A DNA stretch of 64,000 nucleotides from Thermoproteota archaeon. GTDB lineage: Archaea; Korarchaeota; Korarchaeia; Korarchaeales; Korarchaeaceae. A program made the translations under genes and the position numbers. The DNA is taken from assembly GCA_015522685.1 (NCBI GenBank), contig WALU01000035.1:58035-122034 (forward strand). Direction: 5' to 3'. Shown piece after piece: positions 10,927-20,985 of this stretch (its first letter is position 1; each line of letters opens with the position of its first letter). The notes under the pieces are model-generated. The model made no database searches, was not told the origin of the DNA, and saw nothing but the letters and a program-made list of their open reading frames with translations.

Positions 10927-12291
10927 ATGAGGCTTCTAATATCTATGGGTACTAGACCAGAGATTATAAAGATGGCTCCCGTTTATGAAGCTTTAAGCCG
11001 AATTAGGGATGCAGATCTGCTGCTAGTCCACACAGGCCAGCATTATAACCAGGAAATGAGCGATATATTCTTCTCCGAGCTTGGTATCAGAGAGCCAGAT
11101 ATTAACTTAGGTATTGGATCGGGAAGCCAAATAATACAGACGTCTAGTATCATAAAGGAGATTGGGAGTGTGATTGAGAATTATGAGCCAGAAGCAACTA
11201 TAGCAGTTGGAGATACTAACTCTGTCTTAGGAACAGCTATAGCTTCATCAAAGCTCGAAGTACCGTTCATCCACATTGAATCTGGTTTGAGAAGCTACGA
11301 TTTCACTATGCCAGAGGAAATTAATAGGAGGATCTCCGATCATTTAGCTTCCCTTAATTTCTCACCTACGGTCAGATCCTTTTCAAACCTAGCGGAGGAA
11401 GGATATCCTCCTAGAAGGATCGTGCTTAGCGGAAACACGATAGTCGATGTCGTTAGGAGAACGATGAGTTTGATCCAGAAGTCCTCCATCATTAAGGATC
11501 TAGGAATAGATGAAAGCGAGCCTATTATGACCGTGACAGTACACCGCAAGGAGAACACTGATTATGAGCATAGAATGCTAGGCATAGTGAAGGCTTTAGA
11601 GGAGCTAAATGAGCTAACTATAGTCTGGCCTATGCATCCTAGAACCCTAAGGAAGTTAAAAGAATTTAATATGCTAAGCAAATTGAAATCGATGGATCAC
11701 TTGCTTCTCACAGAACCTTTAGGATATATAGAGTTCCTAAAGTTACTTCTATCTTCTGATGTAATAGCTACTGATTCGGGAGGTGTCCAGGAAGAATCCG
11801 CTACATTAAAAAAACCCTGTGTTATACTCAGGGATAATACAGAGAGGCCTGAGCTAGTGGAGATGGGATTCGGTAAAATAACTGGTATCAACCCCTCAGC
11901 TATAGTATCGGCTGTGAGAGATTTCTTATACCGAGAAGGATTGAGAGAGAAGCTGGAGAGCTTACCTAACCCATTCGGTGATGGAAGAGCAGCAGTACTT
12001 ATTGTAGATATTCTAAGAAGGATCTGGGATCTAAGAAATTTGAAGCAGGAATCTCCACGATTCAAGGGTGGATCTCCTCACTATGTATCGATTAGAGTAT
12101 CAGGAAAGATAGCTGAAATGACAGTATCTAGGCTTAAGGAAGCGACTGGATATGATGTTATAACAATATATGATGCTACGGGAAGATCTATAGCCTTTGA
12201 CCCATCTACACCACTGGTGAAGGGAGAGATAATCAGGTTAAGGGGTGATCCATATAATTTCGACAAGTTAAGGAGATTAATTAAGGGGTGA
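10927..12291 (+). CDS. wecB: Non-hydrolysing UDP-N-acetylglucosamine 2-epimerase with a C-terminal RCK_C/TrkA-C-like extension
   Basis: GTRPEIIKM, HTGQH, GDTNS, HIESGLRS, MPEEINR, TDSGGVQEE, TERPE, NPFGDGRA; about 90 extra C-terminal residues. Confidence 0.9.
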   Translation: MRLLISMGTRPEIIKMAPVYEALSRIRDADLLLVHTGQHYNQEMSDIFFSELGIREPDINLGIGSGSQIIQTSSIIKEIGSVIENYEPEATIAVGDTNSVLGTAIASSKLEVPFIHIESGLRSYDFTMPEEINRRISDHLASLNFSPTVRSFSNLAEEGYPPRRIVLSGNTIVDVVRRTMSLIQKSSIIKDLGIDESEPIMTVTVHRKENTDYEHRMLGIVKALEELNELTIVWPMHPRTLRKLKEFNMLSKLKSMDHLLLTEPLGYIEFLKLLLSSDVIATDSGGVQEESATLKKPCVILRDNTERPELVEMGFGKITGINPSAIVSAVRDFLYREGLREKLESLPNPFGDGRAAVLIVDILRRIWDLRNLKQESPRFKGGSPHYVSIRVSGKIAEMTVSRLKEATGYDVITIYDATGRSIAFDPSTPLVKGEIIRLRGDPYNFDKLRRLIKG

Positions 12292-12296
12292 TTTTC

Positions 12297-12536
12297 ATGA
12301 ATCCTCTGGAGATAATAGGAACTATCTCCATAGTTGCTGGCGTTTTACTCATCCTAATAGCCTTATTACTTCCCCATAAAAAATTCGGAGATTATAGCGT
12401 GGGAGGTGTGATATTAATAGGACCTATTCCTATAATATTTGGTAAAAATATAAAAACTTCCCTCCTAATAATTCTAATAATTGTCTCTCTTTTGATGATG
12501 ATATTGGTAATTGCGATGATGGGGGCATGGCCATGA
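12297..12536 (+). CDS. Small membrane protein, DUF131 (TIGR00304) family
   Basis: GGVILIGPIPIIFG signature between TM helices. Confidence 0.8.
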   Translation: MNPLEIIGTISIVAGVLLILIALLLPHKKFGDYSVGGVILIGPIPIIFGKNIKTSLLIILIIVSLLMMILVIAMMGAWP

Positions 12537-12823
12537 GCGAGCCCTATGACGAGAAGATCATTGTGAAGGCCTTCCTTCTGTTTCTAGGAGTCTCTCTTAT
12601 AATAATGGGCTTCTTCGCCCTTGCAATATCCCAAGCAGCCACTCAAGCTGCTCAGCCTAGCGAAGGAGGAAGCTTCATAGTTATAGTAGGACCGTTCATA
12701 TTAGCTATGGGAAAGAATGTATCTCCCATCATTACAATAGCACTAGTGATTATTTCAATAGCTTTTATTATCCTTTTAGTATATCTATCAAAGAAGTTCC
12801 TCGGTGGTGTTTCATGGGGCTAG
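12527..12823 (+). CDS. Small membrane protein, diverged DUF131-like paralog
   Basis: TM-GGSFIVIVGPFILAMG-TM, same layout as its neighbour. Confidence 0.6.
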   Translation: MAMSEPYDEKIIVKAFLLFLGVSLIIMGFFALAISQAATQAAQPSEGGSFIVIVGPFILAMGKNVSPIITIALVIISIAFIILLVYLSKKFLGGVSWG

Positions 12824-13440
12824 AGATATTCTTATCACTTGATCTAATTTCCCTAAACGAAGCTCTCAAGATAGCTAAACTAGCGGTAAAGGCTGGATTT
12901 AAGGAAATAGAAGCAGGAACTCCTCTGATAAAGTCAGAAGGGATGATCTCCGTCAAATCTCTAAGAAAGGAGCTTCCTGAAAGTAAGATCTTTGCGGATA
13001 TGAAGACTATGGATACAGGAGCATTAGAGGCAGACTTAGCATTCGAATCTGGAGCGGACATTATAAGCGTAATGGCTGCTGCTCCTGATGAGACGATAAA
13101 AGAAGCCATAAAAAAAGCTGATGAGGTTGGAAAAGAAGTTTTAGTAGACACTTTAGGGTTAAAAGAAATTACATCTAGGCTTAGGGAAATAGTAGGTATG
13201 GGAATCCATAGAATTTGCCTCCATAGGGGAGTAGACGAGGGGATATTTGAAGAATATGATCTACTAGATAGTCTAAAGGAAATGGACGTCAAATTAGGAG
13301 TTGCTGGTGGTATAAATGCATCTACGATTCCCAATGTGATTAGGAAAGCCGACTTCGTTATGGTGGGAAGGGCAATAACAAAATCCACCAATCCAGAGAA
13401 CGCTGCTAGGGGTATACTAAAGGCTGCCGGTCTGCTTTAA
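12814..13440 (+). CDS. hps: 3-hexulose-6-phosphate synthase (OMP decarboxylase superfamily)
   Basis: LSLD, IEAGTPLIKSEG, ADMKTMDTG, VAGGI, VGRAIT. Confidence 0.85.
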   Translation: MGLEIFLSLDLISLNEALKIAKLAVKAGFKEIEAGTPLIKSEGMISVKSLRKELPESKIFADMKTMDTGALEADLAFESGADIISVMAAAPDETIKEAIKKADEVGKEVLVDTLGLKEITSRLREIVGMGIHRICLHRGVDEGIFEEYDLLDSLKEMDVKLGVAGGINASTIPNVIRKADFVMVGRAITKSTNPENAARGILKAAGLL

Positions 13441-13452
13441 TGAGAGAACAAT

Positions 13453-16347
13453 TTATCTTCTCCTTCTTTTCCTAGATGTGATTTTTCTCTTTATCGCTTC
13501 TGTCTCTGTTTTAGCTAGCTCTGCAAGGAATTCATCATCTAAGTATGGGTGTTTAGATAGCAGGCCTTCTATATCAACAGAATCTACTCCCCTGGCAGCC
13601 ATAGCTACTATCGCTGGAATGCCATATTTCTCGGTCAGGATCCCAAATTCATGAACTTTATTTGCTAATTCCCAATTACCCACTGACGGCTTTCCTTTAG
13701 CTCTAGATTCGCTTACATATTTCCTAGCTTCTGTAGCCCAATAGCCAGTTACTGCTGCGATCCTCTTACTCCCACATACCGGACATCTCGGTACGTCTTC
13801 TAAATCCAGTAGACCAGACACAGTTACATCCATACTCCATTTCCAGCAGTTAGAGCATACTAGGGTTAGCTGTTGGGACAATATTCTATATTTGAAGCTC
13901 TCCAGCAACTTCTTGTTCAGTTCTGATGGAGGAATCAATTCAAGCGGAAGACCTGATTTCTCTAGTCCAAGAGATGCTAGAGGACTTGGACCTCTTTTTT
14001 CTGATAGAACTAGATTCAATTTGCCATCCTTTATAGCCTTAAGAAGCAACGACGTCAATTCCACATCAAAGTCCTTAGTTAACGTTTCTCTTAAGGCCTC
14101 TTCATATATAGGCGTCTCTTCATACGCTAAGGCCAACTTCCTTAGGCTTATCACTTTAGAGCTAGCACTATCCCTTATTAGGCCCATCCTCTTAGCAACT
14201 TGAAGTAGCTTTATTCTGAAAAAAGAGCTCTCTTCTACAGCTTTTACAAGTAAAGGCTCATAGTTTCTCCTAAGAAGCCTATTTAAGGCCTCCTTAACTG
14301 CTTCCTTCTCCACACCCATTATGGTAATCCTATATGGATCTTCAGTAACTCTAACACCTACTTTGAACTCTAAGGATATAAGGAAAGCTAGCGCTCTTCC
14401 TAATGTTCTATTAACTAAGTTACCTTGAGTCGAGTGAATAATGGTTCCTGATCCTGATATTCCTTCTATGACTATTTTTCTATCTGTAGATAGAGGATAT
14501 CCTCTATCTATGTGCTCCTTCAGAATATCAAGGGATCTCCTTAGATCCTCTTCCCTTGCTGCCTTGTATACTGAGGCCAATCTTTTAACAAGGTATTCCA
14601 TCTCTCCTTCTCCTTTAAGGTACGCCTCTTCAAATGCTCTCCTTATGCTACCTACTTCTAAAGCTGTCTCCCTTGATACAGGCAGCTGCTCTCCAATCCA
14701 GCTAGGAACTGATCCAGCAGGATCAAAGACTTGTTCTACGTAAACCCTGGCAGCTTCTATCCTATTAACTCTCCATACGGATCCTCTAAAAACAAATTTT
14801 ACACCGGGAAGGAGGCACTCTAGAACGAACGTTTCATCCAACTGACCTACGTAAAATCCTGTCATTTCATCTATTACTGGATAAGAGGCAGTATCTGGAA
14901 TCGTGGATATATTAGTAAAGAAGTATTCATGGATGTGATATCCTCTATATCTCTTTATGGAGTCCTCTATGTCATCATACCATAAAATTCGAGGCCAAGC
15001 CTTAGACATGAAAGAAAACAGCTTCCTCACTTCTTCCAAGCTAAGTCCTCTATAGGGCCATGCCCTCCTGGCAATATTAACTAGTTCAGCCAATCTTATA
15101 CTGCCCTTTCTGATCAGCAATCCAATGGCATTATGATATAAGACGTCGTACGATTTCTCAAAGGGTCTAATCCTTTCTAAATCTCCTTGTAACGATCTTC
15201 TAGCTAAAACTATAGATTCTAAGTAATCATCCGGATCTTGTGCTACTATCACACCTTTAGCTATTCTTTGAGGCCCATGTCCAGATCTACCCACTCTCTG
15301 GAGAAGCTTTGTAGCTTGACGAGGGGAGCCGTACTGCACAACCATATCTACGTAGCCAATGTCTATTCCGAGTTCTAATGAGCTTGTACTTACTATAGCA
15401 GATAGCTCTCCTTTTTTAAGAAGAGATTCACTTTCTACCCTAGCATCTTTTGACAATGAGCTATGATGAACATGTATTTTTAATTTATCAGAAAGCTTCT
15501 TTACCCTATATCCTAAGGCTTCTGCCATTGATCTGGTGTTTGTGAAAACAATAACTGATTTTACTCCTTTAATTAAATCTGCTAATAACCTAACCCTAGC
15601 TGCTATCTTAGGTTCCAATAGGAGAGATTTGGATAATTTTACATCTTTTTTCTCGATTTTAGGATAAATTACTCGGATCTCCATACTCCTGTTCTCCTTT
15701 GATATCACCGGTCTACCCTTTCTTCCATGAGCGAAGTATCCAAGAGCTATCTCTGGATTTCCAAGAGAGGCAGAGAGTAGTATCCTCTGAAATTCACTTT
15801 TAGTGATCTTTTTAAGCATTTCCAACGTTAGAGCAAGTTGTACCCCTCTCTTATCATCTATTAATTCATGAACCTCGTCTATTATGACATATTTTACTGT
15901 TTCAAGCCATTTAGATATCTTAGGTCCTGTAAGTATTATTAAGAGAGTTTCGGGCGTTGTAATGAGTATGTCTGGAGGGTTCTCGGATTGCTTCGCTCTT
16001 TCACTTTTAGGCGTATCTCCATGTCTTACTCCTACTATCATGCCGCAATTTTGTGACCAGTAAGTAATTCTCTCCTCAAGGTCCCTGTTGAGCGCTCTTA
16101 AAGGCGTTATGTAAAGGAGCTTAAATCCTTTCTTTTCTCCTTCCTCTTCTCTCATTCTAGTTATAATAGGCCATAGAGCAGCTTCTGTCTTTCCTGATCC
16201 AGTAGGAGAAACCAGTAGAATGCTCTCTCCCTTTAAAATATGAGGAATGGCTAATTTTTGTATATCAGTTAATCGGCGAACTCCTTTATCTATTACAGCT
16301 TCTTTCAGGCATTTTGGAAAAATATAAAACAATTTATTATAATTCAT
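13453..16347 (-). CDS. lhr: Lhr-family SF2 helicase with C-terminal Zn ribbon
   Basis: PTGSGKT, YITPLRALNRD, DEVH, SAS, SSLELGIDIG, QRVGRSGH; C-terminal CSNC...CPVC. Confidence 0.9.
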   Translation of the reverse strand: MNYNKLFYIFPKCLKEAVIDKGVRRLTDIQKLAIPHILKGESILLVSPTGSGKTEAALWPIITRMREEEGEKKGFKLLYITPLRALNRDLEERITYWSQNCGMIVGVRHGDTPKSERAKQSENPPDILITTPETLLIILTGPKISKWLETVKYVIIDEVHELIDDKRGVQLALTLEMLKKITKSEFQRILLSASLGNPEIALGYFAHGRKGRPVISKENRSMEIRVIYPKIEKKDVKLSKSLLLEPKIAARVRLLADLIKGVKSVIVFTNTRSMAEALGYRVKKLSDKLKIHVHHSSLSKDARVESESLLKKGELSAIVSTSSLELGIDIGYVDMVVQYGSPRQATKLLQRVGRSGHGPQRIAKGVIVAQDPDDYLESIVLARRSLQGDLERIRPFEKSYDVLYHNAIGLLIRKGSIRLAELVNIARRAWPYRGLSLEEVRKLFSFMSKAWPRILWYDDIEDSIKRYRGYHIHEYFFTNISTIPDTASYPVIDEMTGFYVGQLDETFVLECLLPGVKFVFRGSVWRVNRIEAARVYVEQVFDPAGSVPSWIGEQLPVSRETALEVGSIRRAFEEAYLKGEGEMEYLVKRLASVYKAAREEDLRRSLDILKEHIDRGYPLSTDRKIVIEGISGSGTIIHSTQGNLVNRTLGRALAFLISLEFKVGVRVTEDPYRITIMGVEKEAVKEALNRLLRRNYEPLLVKAVEESSFFRIKLLQVAKRMGLIRDSASSKVISLRKLALAYEETPIYEEALRETLTKDFDVELTSLLLKAIKDGKLNLVLSEKRGPSPLASLGLEKSGLPLELIPPSELNKKLLESFKYRILSQQLTLVCSNCWKWSMDVTVSGLLDLEDVPRCPVCGSKRIAAVTGYWATEARKYVSESRAKGKPSVGNWELANKVHEFGILTEKYGIPAIVAMAARGVDSVDIEGLLSKHPYLDDEFLAELAKTETEAIKRKITSRKRRRR

Positions 16348-16500
16348 TTAATGATTTCACCACTTCGGGTTCTCCTACTTCCTATATCAATTGGCAGTAA
16401 AGTGCACAAGGTTGATAAGCTTTTTTAACTCAGTTATAACTTCATATATGGGTAGTCCCAGCTACAGTTCTGAGAAACCCAATGGTAAGAGGTGATATAT

Positions 16501-18159
16501 ATGTCCGTTGCTGGAGGTGCCGGAGGAGCTGGAGGTGAAGGTGCCGGAGGAGCGATCCCCGTCCTAATATTAAAGGAAGGGACTTCTAGAACTAGAGGGA
16601 GAGAGGCGCTTAGACTCAATATTACTGTAGCCAAAACTATAGCTGATACAATCAGGACTTCTCTCAGTCCAAAAGGCATGCAAAAGATGTTAGTTGACCC
16701 ATTTGGAGATGTGATAATAACGCATGATGGCGCTACGATAATGAAGGAGATAGAAATAGAGCATCCTACTGCTAAGATGATGGTAGATCTAGCTAAATCT
16801 CAGGAACAGGAAGCAGGAGATGGTACTACTACTGTTGTTCTCCTAGCCGGTGAACTATTAGCTAAGGCTGAGGATCTATTGGATATGGGTATCCATCCCA
16901 CCGTCATAATTTCTGGTTACAGAAAAGCTTCAGAGAAAGCCATTGAGTATCTAAGTGAAATTTCTATGAAAGTTCAGTGGAACGATAGAGAACTGTTGAA
17001 AAAGATAGCTAAGCTAGCTATGAGTAGCAAATCTGTGAGGGTCGCTCAAGACTATTTAGCTAACCTAGTAGTAGATGCAGCCTTACAAGTTGTTGAGGAG
17101 AGGGATGGGAAGAGAATAGTAGATCTAGATAACATAAAACTAGAGAAGAAGGAAGGAGGTTCTCTCTTCGATACTAAGCTAATAAGGGGAATTGCGATAG
17201 ATAAGGAAGTGGTACATCCTAGGATGCCTAGGAGTATTGAGAATGCTAAGATATCGTTAATAGAGAGCGCGCTCGAGATAAAGAAGCCAGAGCTCTCTTC
17301 TAAGATAAGGGTTACCTCTCCATCACAGGTAAAAGGATTTCTAGATCAAGAAAAACAAATATTGGCTGAGTTAGTTGAAAAGATTGCTGCTACTGGCGCT
17401 AACGTGGTCTTCTGCCAGAAGGGAATAGACGATATTGCTCAGCATTTCCTAGCTAAGCATAGCATACTAGCAGTTAGAAGGGTAAGGAAATCTGATATGG
17501 AGAAACTAGCAAAGGCCACCGGAGCCAAGATCGTTGTTAACGTTAAAGAGATATCGGAGAGGGATCTAGGATACTCTGGGCTTGTTGAGGAAAGGAGGGT
17601 CGGAGATGACAAGATGGTCTTTGTGGAAGGCTGCAGGGATCCAAGGGCTGTAAGCATATTGATAAGAGGTGGAGAAAAGCAGATGATAGATGAAGCAGAA
17701 AGAAACCTTCATGATGCATTGAGTGTTGTCAGAAACGTTATAGAGGATGAGGAGATAGTTGTGGGAGCAGGTGCGGCTTGGATTGATCTAGTGCTTAAAC
17801 TGAAAGATTATGCAGTGCAGCTAGGCGGTAAAGAACAGAACGTAATAGAAAAATTTGCGGAAGCTTTAGAGTCCATACCTAAGACCCTAATAGAGAACGC
17901 TGGTCATGATCCAATAGTGAAGCTAGCCGAGCTTAGAAAGGCTCATGCTGAAGGAAGAAAAGAGTATGGGTTCAATATATATACGGGAGACATAGAGAAC
18001 ATGTATAAAAAAGATGTAATAGAACCAGAAAGAGTTATAAGAAGAGCCATTGAATCAGCTTCAGAGTTTGCCACCACGCTCCTCAAGATAGACGATATAA
18101 TAGCAGCAGCAGGTAAGAAGTTTGAGCCGGGGCCGGGAAAGAGTAGAGGCATCGAGTAA
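16501..18159 (+). CDS. ths: Thermosome (group II chaperonin) subunit
   Basis: SLSPKGM.KM, ITHDGATI, GDGTTT, IDDII; GAGGTGA SD upstream of ATG 16501. Confidence 0.97.
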   Translation: MSVAGGAGGAGGEGAGGAIPVLILKEGTSRTRGREALRLNITVAKTIADTIRTSLSPKGMQKMLVDPFGDVIITHDGATIMKEIEIEHPTAKMMVDLAKSQEQEAGDGTTTVVLLAGELLAKAEDLLDMGIHPTVIISGYRKASEKAIEYLSEISMKVQWNDRELLKKIAKLAMSSKSVRVAQDYLANLVVDAALQVVEERDGKRIVDLDNIKLEKKEGGSLFDTKLIRGIAIDKEVVHPRMPRSIENAKISLIESALEIKKPELSSKIRVTSPSQVKGFLDQEKQILAELVEKIAATGANVVFCQKGIDDIAQHFLAKHSILAVRRVRKSDMEKLAKATGAKIVVNVKEISERDLGYSGLVEERRVGDDKMVFVEGCRDPRAVSILIRGGEKQMIDEAERNLHDALSVVRNVIEDEEIVVGAGAAWIDLVLKLKDYAVQLGGKEQNVIEKFAEALESIPKTLIENAGHDPIVKLAELRKAHAEGRKEYGFNIYTGDIENMYKKDVIEPERVIRRAIESASEFATTLLKIDDIIAAAGKKFEPGPGKSRGIE

Positions 18160-18160
18160 A

Positions 18161-18421
18161 TTGAGCAAAAACAGCGATCTACTAGGGCCAAAAAGGCTCA
18201 CAAAATTTGAGAAGATAAGGATCATTTCTATAAGAGCCCAGCAGATCGCATCCGGCTCTCCTCTATTTTTAGAAGAAAGTGAGATACCTGAGGGAGTAAC
18301 GGACCCTGTAGAACTTGCTAAATTGGAGATAAAGAAAGGCAAATTACCTCTTATACTTGAGAGGAGGCAAGGAGAGAAAGTATCCCTGCTAGATCTGAGA
18401 GAGCTTCTCAAGAAAGAGTAA
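18161..18421 (+). CDS. rpoK: RNA polymerase subunit Rpo6 (K)
   Basis: LTKFEK.RIIS.RAQQI..G.P, ELAK.E.....LPL...R; start set at TTG 18161. Confidence 0.92.
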   Translation: MSKNSDLLGPKRLTKFEKIRIISIRAQQIASGSPLFLEESEIPEGVTDPVELAKLEIKKGKLPLILERRQGEKVSLLDLRELLKKE

Positions 18422-18518
18422 CTTTTTTAATTGTTGAATATCTATTGAGATACAGCTCGCCCTCCAGGCTCCCCACTAAAAGAGGCGGGCCTACACTAGA
18501 TAAGAGGTGATAGGAAAA

Positions 18519-18800
18519 ATGGTGGCTGAGGAAGGAATTGTCTATGTTGGTAAGAAGCCTGCTATCAATTACGTTATGGCTACTACCCTTCAGATAAATA
18601 GGGGCGTAAAGAAGATCGTCTTAAAGGCTAGAGGAAGATCTATATCCAGAGCAGTAGATGTTGCTGAGATTACGAGGCTTAAATATTTCCCTGGTAAGAT
18701 AAAGATCACCGATCTCAGGACAGGCACTGAAGAAATAACGGACGAAAACGGTAGCAGGAGAGATATAAGTGTTATAGAGATCGAGCTCACCCAGGCGTGA
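18519..18800 (+). CDS. albA: Chromatin protein Alba
   Basis: VYVGKKP..NYV, LKARGRSISRAVDVAE, S.IEIEL. Confidence 0.95.
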   Translation: MVAEEGIVYVGKKPAINYVMATTLQINRGVKKIVLKARGRSISRAVDVAEITRLKYFPGKIKITDLRTGTEEITDENGSRRDISVIEIELTQA

Positions 18801-18875
18801 GCCCGGGGGGAGATCCCCCTTAACCAATTTTTGAGAAAATTCTTATTACTTCCAAGGTTAGGGAACCGATCGCTC

Positions 18876-20498
18876 ATGAAATCTGAGAAAAAACCACAAT
18901 TTTGGCTTGATAAAATCGCTCAGGATATTATAGATAGAAGAGAAAAGCTGAATCGGAAAGTTGATGTACTCAGGGTTGAATCAGGCATAGGAGCAAGTGG
19001 TTTTCCGCATATAGGATCTGTTGGAGATTCATTAAGGGCCTATGGGATTAAACTCGCTTTGGAAAATCTTGGCTATAAGAGCGAGTTAATAGCCTATAGC
19101 GATGATAGAGATGGACTGAGAAAGATTCCTGTTGGGGTTCCCAAGGAATACTCCAAGTATATAGGGATGCCAGTCAGCGAAATACCTGATCCTTGGGGCT
19201 GTCATTCAAGCTATGGGGAGCATATAAGTTCTATGCTTATAGAGGCGTTAGAGAAACTAGGAATAGAATTTACATTTATTTCTGGAACCGAAGCTTACAA
19301 GTCGGGTCTTCTAGATAAGCAGATATCTAGACTACTTGCTAACAGTGGTAAGGTAGATAGGATAATTAGGGAGGAGGTTGGGTCAAGTAAGCCAGAAGGA
19401 TGGGTTCATTATTGGCCGAGGTGTGAGAAATGTGGGAGGATATATACGACAAGGGTCATCAAGGTAATTCCTGAAGAGAGTAAGGTCATCTATGCATGCG
19501 ATCAGGAGTTCAAAGGAATAAAGGGATGTGGTTATGTAGGAGAAGCCTCTTATTTGAGGGGTGACGGTAAGCTCTCTTGGAAGGGAGAATTTGCAGCTAG
19601 ATGGGCAGCTCTTGGCATAGTCTTTGAACCACATGGGAAAGATATTACTGATTCCTTCAGAGTAAATGCCCGTATATCTAGGGAGATTCTAGATTATGAG
19701 CCCCCTATGACGGTAATGTATGAAATGTTCTTAGACTCCACTAAGAGAAAGATAAGCAAGAGTATAGGTAATGTAATTACCCCTCAAATGTGGATGAAAT
19801 TCTCTCCACCAGAGGCTCTTAGGATGCTTATGTTTAAGAGATACCGTAGTACTAGGAGCATATCTCTCCAGAGATCTCCTCTTTACATCAATGAGCTGGA
19901 AAATGGCGTAAGGAAGTACCATAACTTAGAGAGAATCAGGAGCGAAAGAGACAAGATGACCCTGAAAAGACTGATGGAGTATACCTACCTAATGAAGGGG
20001 GTCCCTACTCCTTGGCCGTATAGGTACACTGCAGTATTGAACGTCGTTGCTATGCTCCCGAGAGATATAAAATTTGATGATCTATTAGGGGTTGTAGCAG
20101 ATCTAATCTCTAAGTATTATGATATTGAACCTAAATCGCTCTTAAGTGAGGAGATGTTTAGAAGATATGTGTACTATGCAAGGAATTACGTAGAGAGCTT
20201 CGGTACTAGTGAGATAGAAAGGATAGAAATAGATGATTCTTTGCTAAATGCAATAGATTCTTTTGTAAAGAGACTGAAGAATGATATGGGAGAGGAAGTT
20301 ATCCAAGACCTAGCTTTTAATACTGCTAGAGAATTGAGAGTATCAGTAAAAGCGTTTTTCCAAGCCATATATATGGTGCTACTCGGTCAGCCTCAAGGTC
20401 CAAAGCTTGGTCCTCTACTAAGAAGGATTGGCATAGATAGATTTAAAAAGTTATACAGTCGATCATTAGAGGAAGGTAAAATTGCCAGAAAAAGATGA
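18876..20498 (+). CDS. lysS: Class I lysyl-tRNA synthetase
   Basis: SG..ASGFPHIG, DD.DGLRKIP, GKL.WK, KISKS.GN, GPKLG. Confidence 0.95.
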   Translation: MKSEKKPQFWLDKIAQDIIDRREKLNRKVDVLRVESGIGASGFPHIGSVGDSLRAYGIKLALENLGYKSELIAYSDDRDGLRKIPVGVPKEYSKYIGMPVSEIPDPWGCHSSYGEHISSMLIEALEKLGIEFTFISGTEAYKSGLLDKQISRLLANSGKVDRIIREEVGSSKPEGWVHYWPRCEKCGRIYTTRVIKVIPEESKVIYACDQEFKGIKGCGYVGEASYLRGDGKLSWKGEFAARWAALGIVFEPHGKDITDSFRVNARISREILDYEPPMTVMYEMFLDSTKRKISKSIGNVITPQMWMKFSPPEALRMLMFKRYRSTRSISLQRSPLYINELENGVRKYHNLERIRSERDKMTLKRLMEYTYLMKGVPTPWPYRYTAVLNVVAMLPRDIKFDDLLGVVADLISKYYDIEPKSLLSEEMFRRYVYYARNYVESFGTSEIERIEIDDSLLNAIDSFVKRLKNDMGEEVIQDLAFNTARELRVSVKAFFQAIYMVLLGQPQGPKLGPLLRRIGIDRFKKLYSRSLEEGKIARKR

Positions 20499-20985
20499 AA
20501 GGATAAGAAACTTGCTTCAATTGCGTGCCTATCTGAAAAGAAGGATAGATAAGCTAGAGAAGGAAATCTTGAGGCTGAGGCAAATGATGGAAGCATTGGA
20601 TGATGTACTCTTAGAACAAACGCTTGTTACAGCTGATAAACTAAGAGTTTCATTGGGATCTAGATTGGAACCTAGAAAGGAAAAGAACTTAGAAGAGAGA
20701 GAAGTAGTTTCTGACAATGGCGTAACGTTAGGAGTTGCTAAGGTAGATAAAAGTAGTGGTTCTCTGATATTTATTCCATCTAAGGATATATTAATTAATG
20801 CTAAGGAGAGGCCCATAAGTTCCTTTCTTGCCAGGAAAATAGAGGAATATGGGGGAAAGTGCGAAATAGAGGAGTTTCCTGATGGAAAATTAAAGACCCT
20901 GAAGATAAAAATAAGATCTTTAAATGATTTAAAAAAAATATTCAGGTTACTTAAATGGGCTGTTATAAAATCTGCAGTTCAGTAA
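20482..20985 (+). CDS. Hypothetical protein with N-terminal coiled coil
   Basis: 167-aa ORF overlapping the lysS stop; heptad-rich N-terminus. Confidence 0.7.
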   Translation: MPEKDERIRNLLQLRAYLKRRIDKLEKEILRLRQMMEALDDVLLEQTLVTADKLRVSLGSRLEPRKEKNLEEREVVSDNGVTLGVAKVDKSSGSLIFIPSKDILINAKERPISSFLARKIEEYGGKCEIEEFPDGKLKTLKIKIRSLNDLKKIFRLLKWAVIKSAVQ

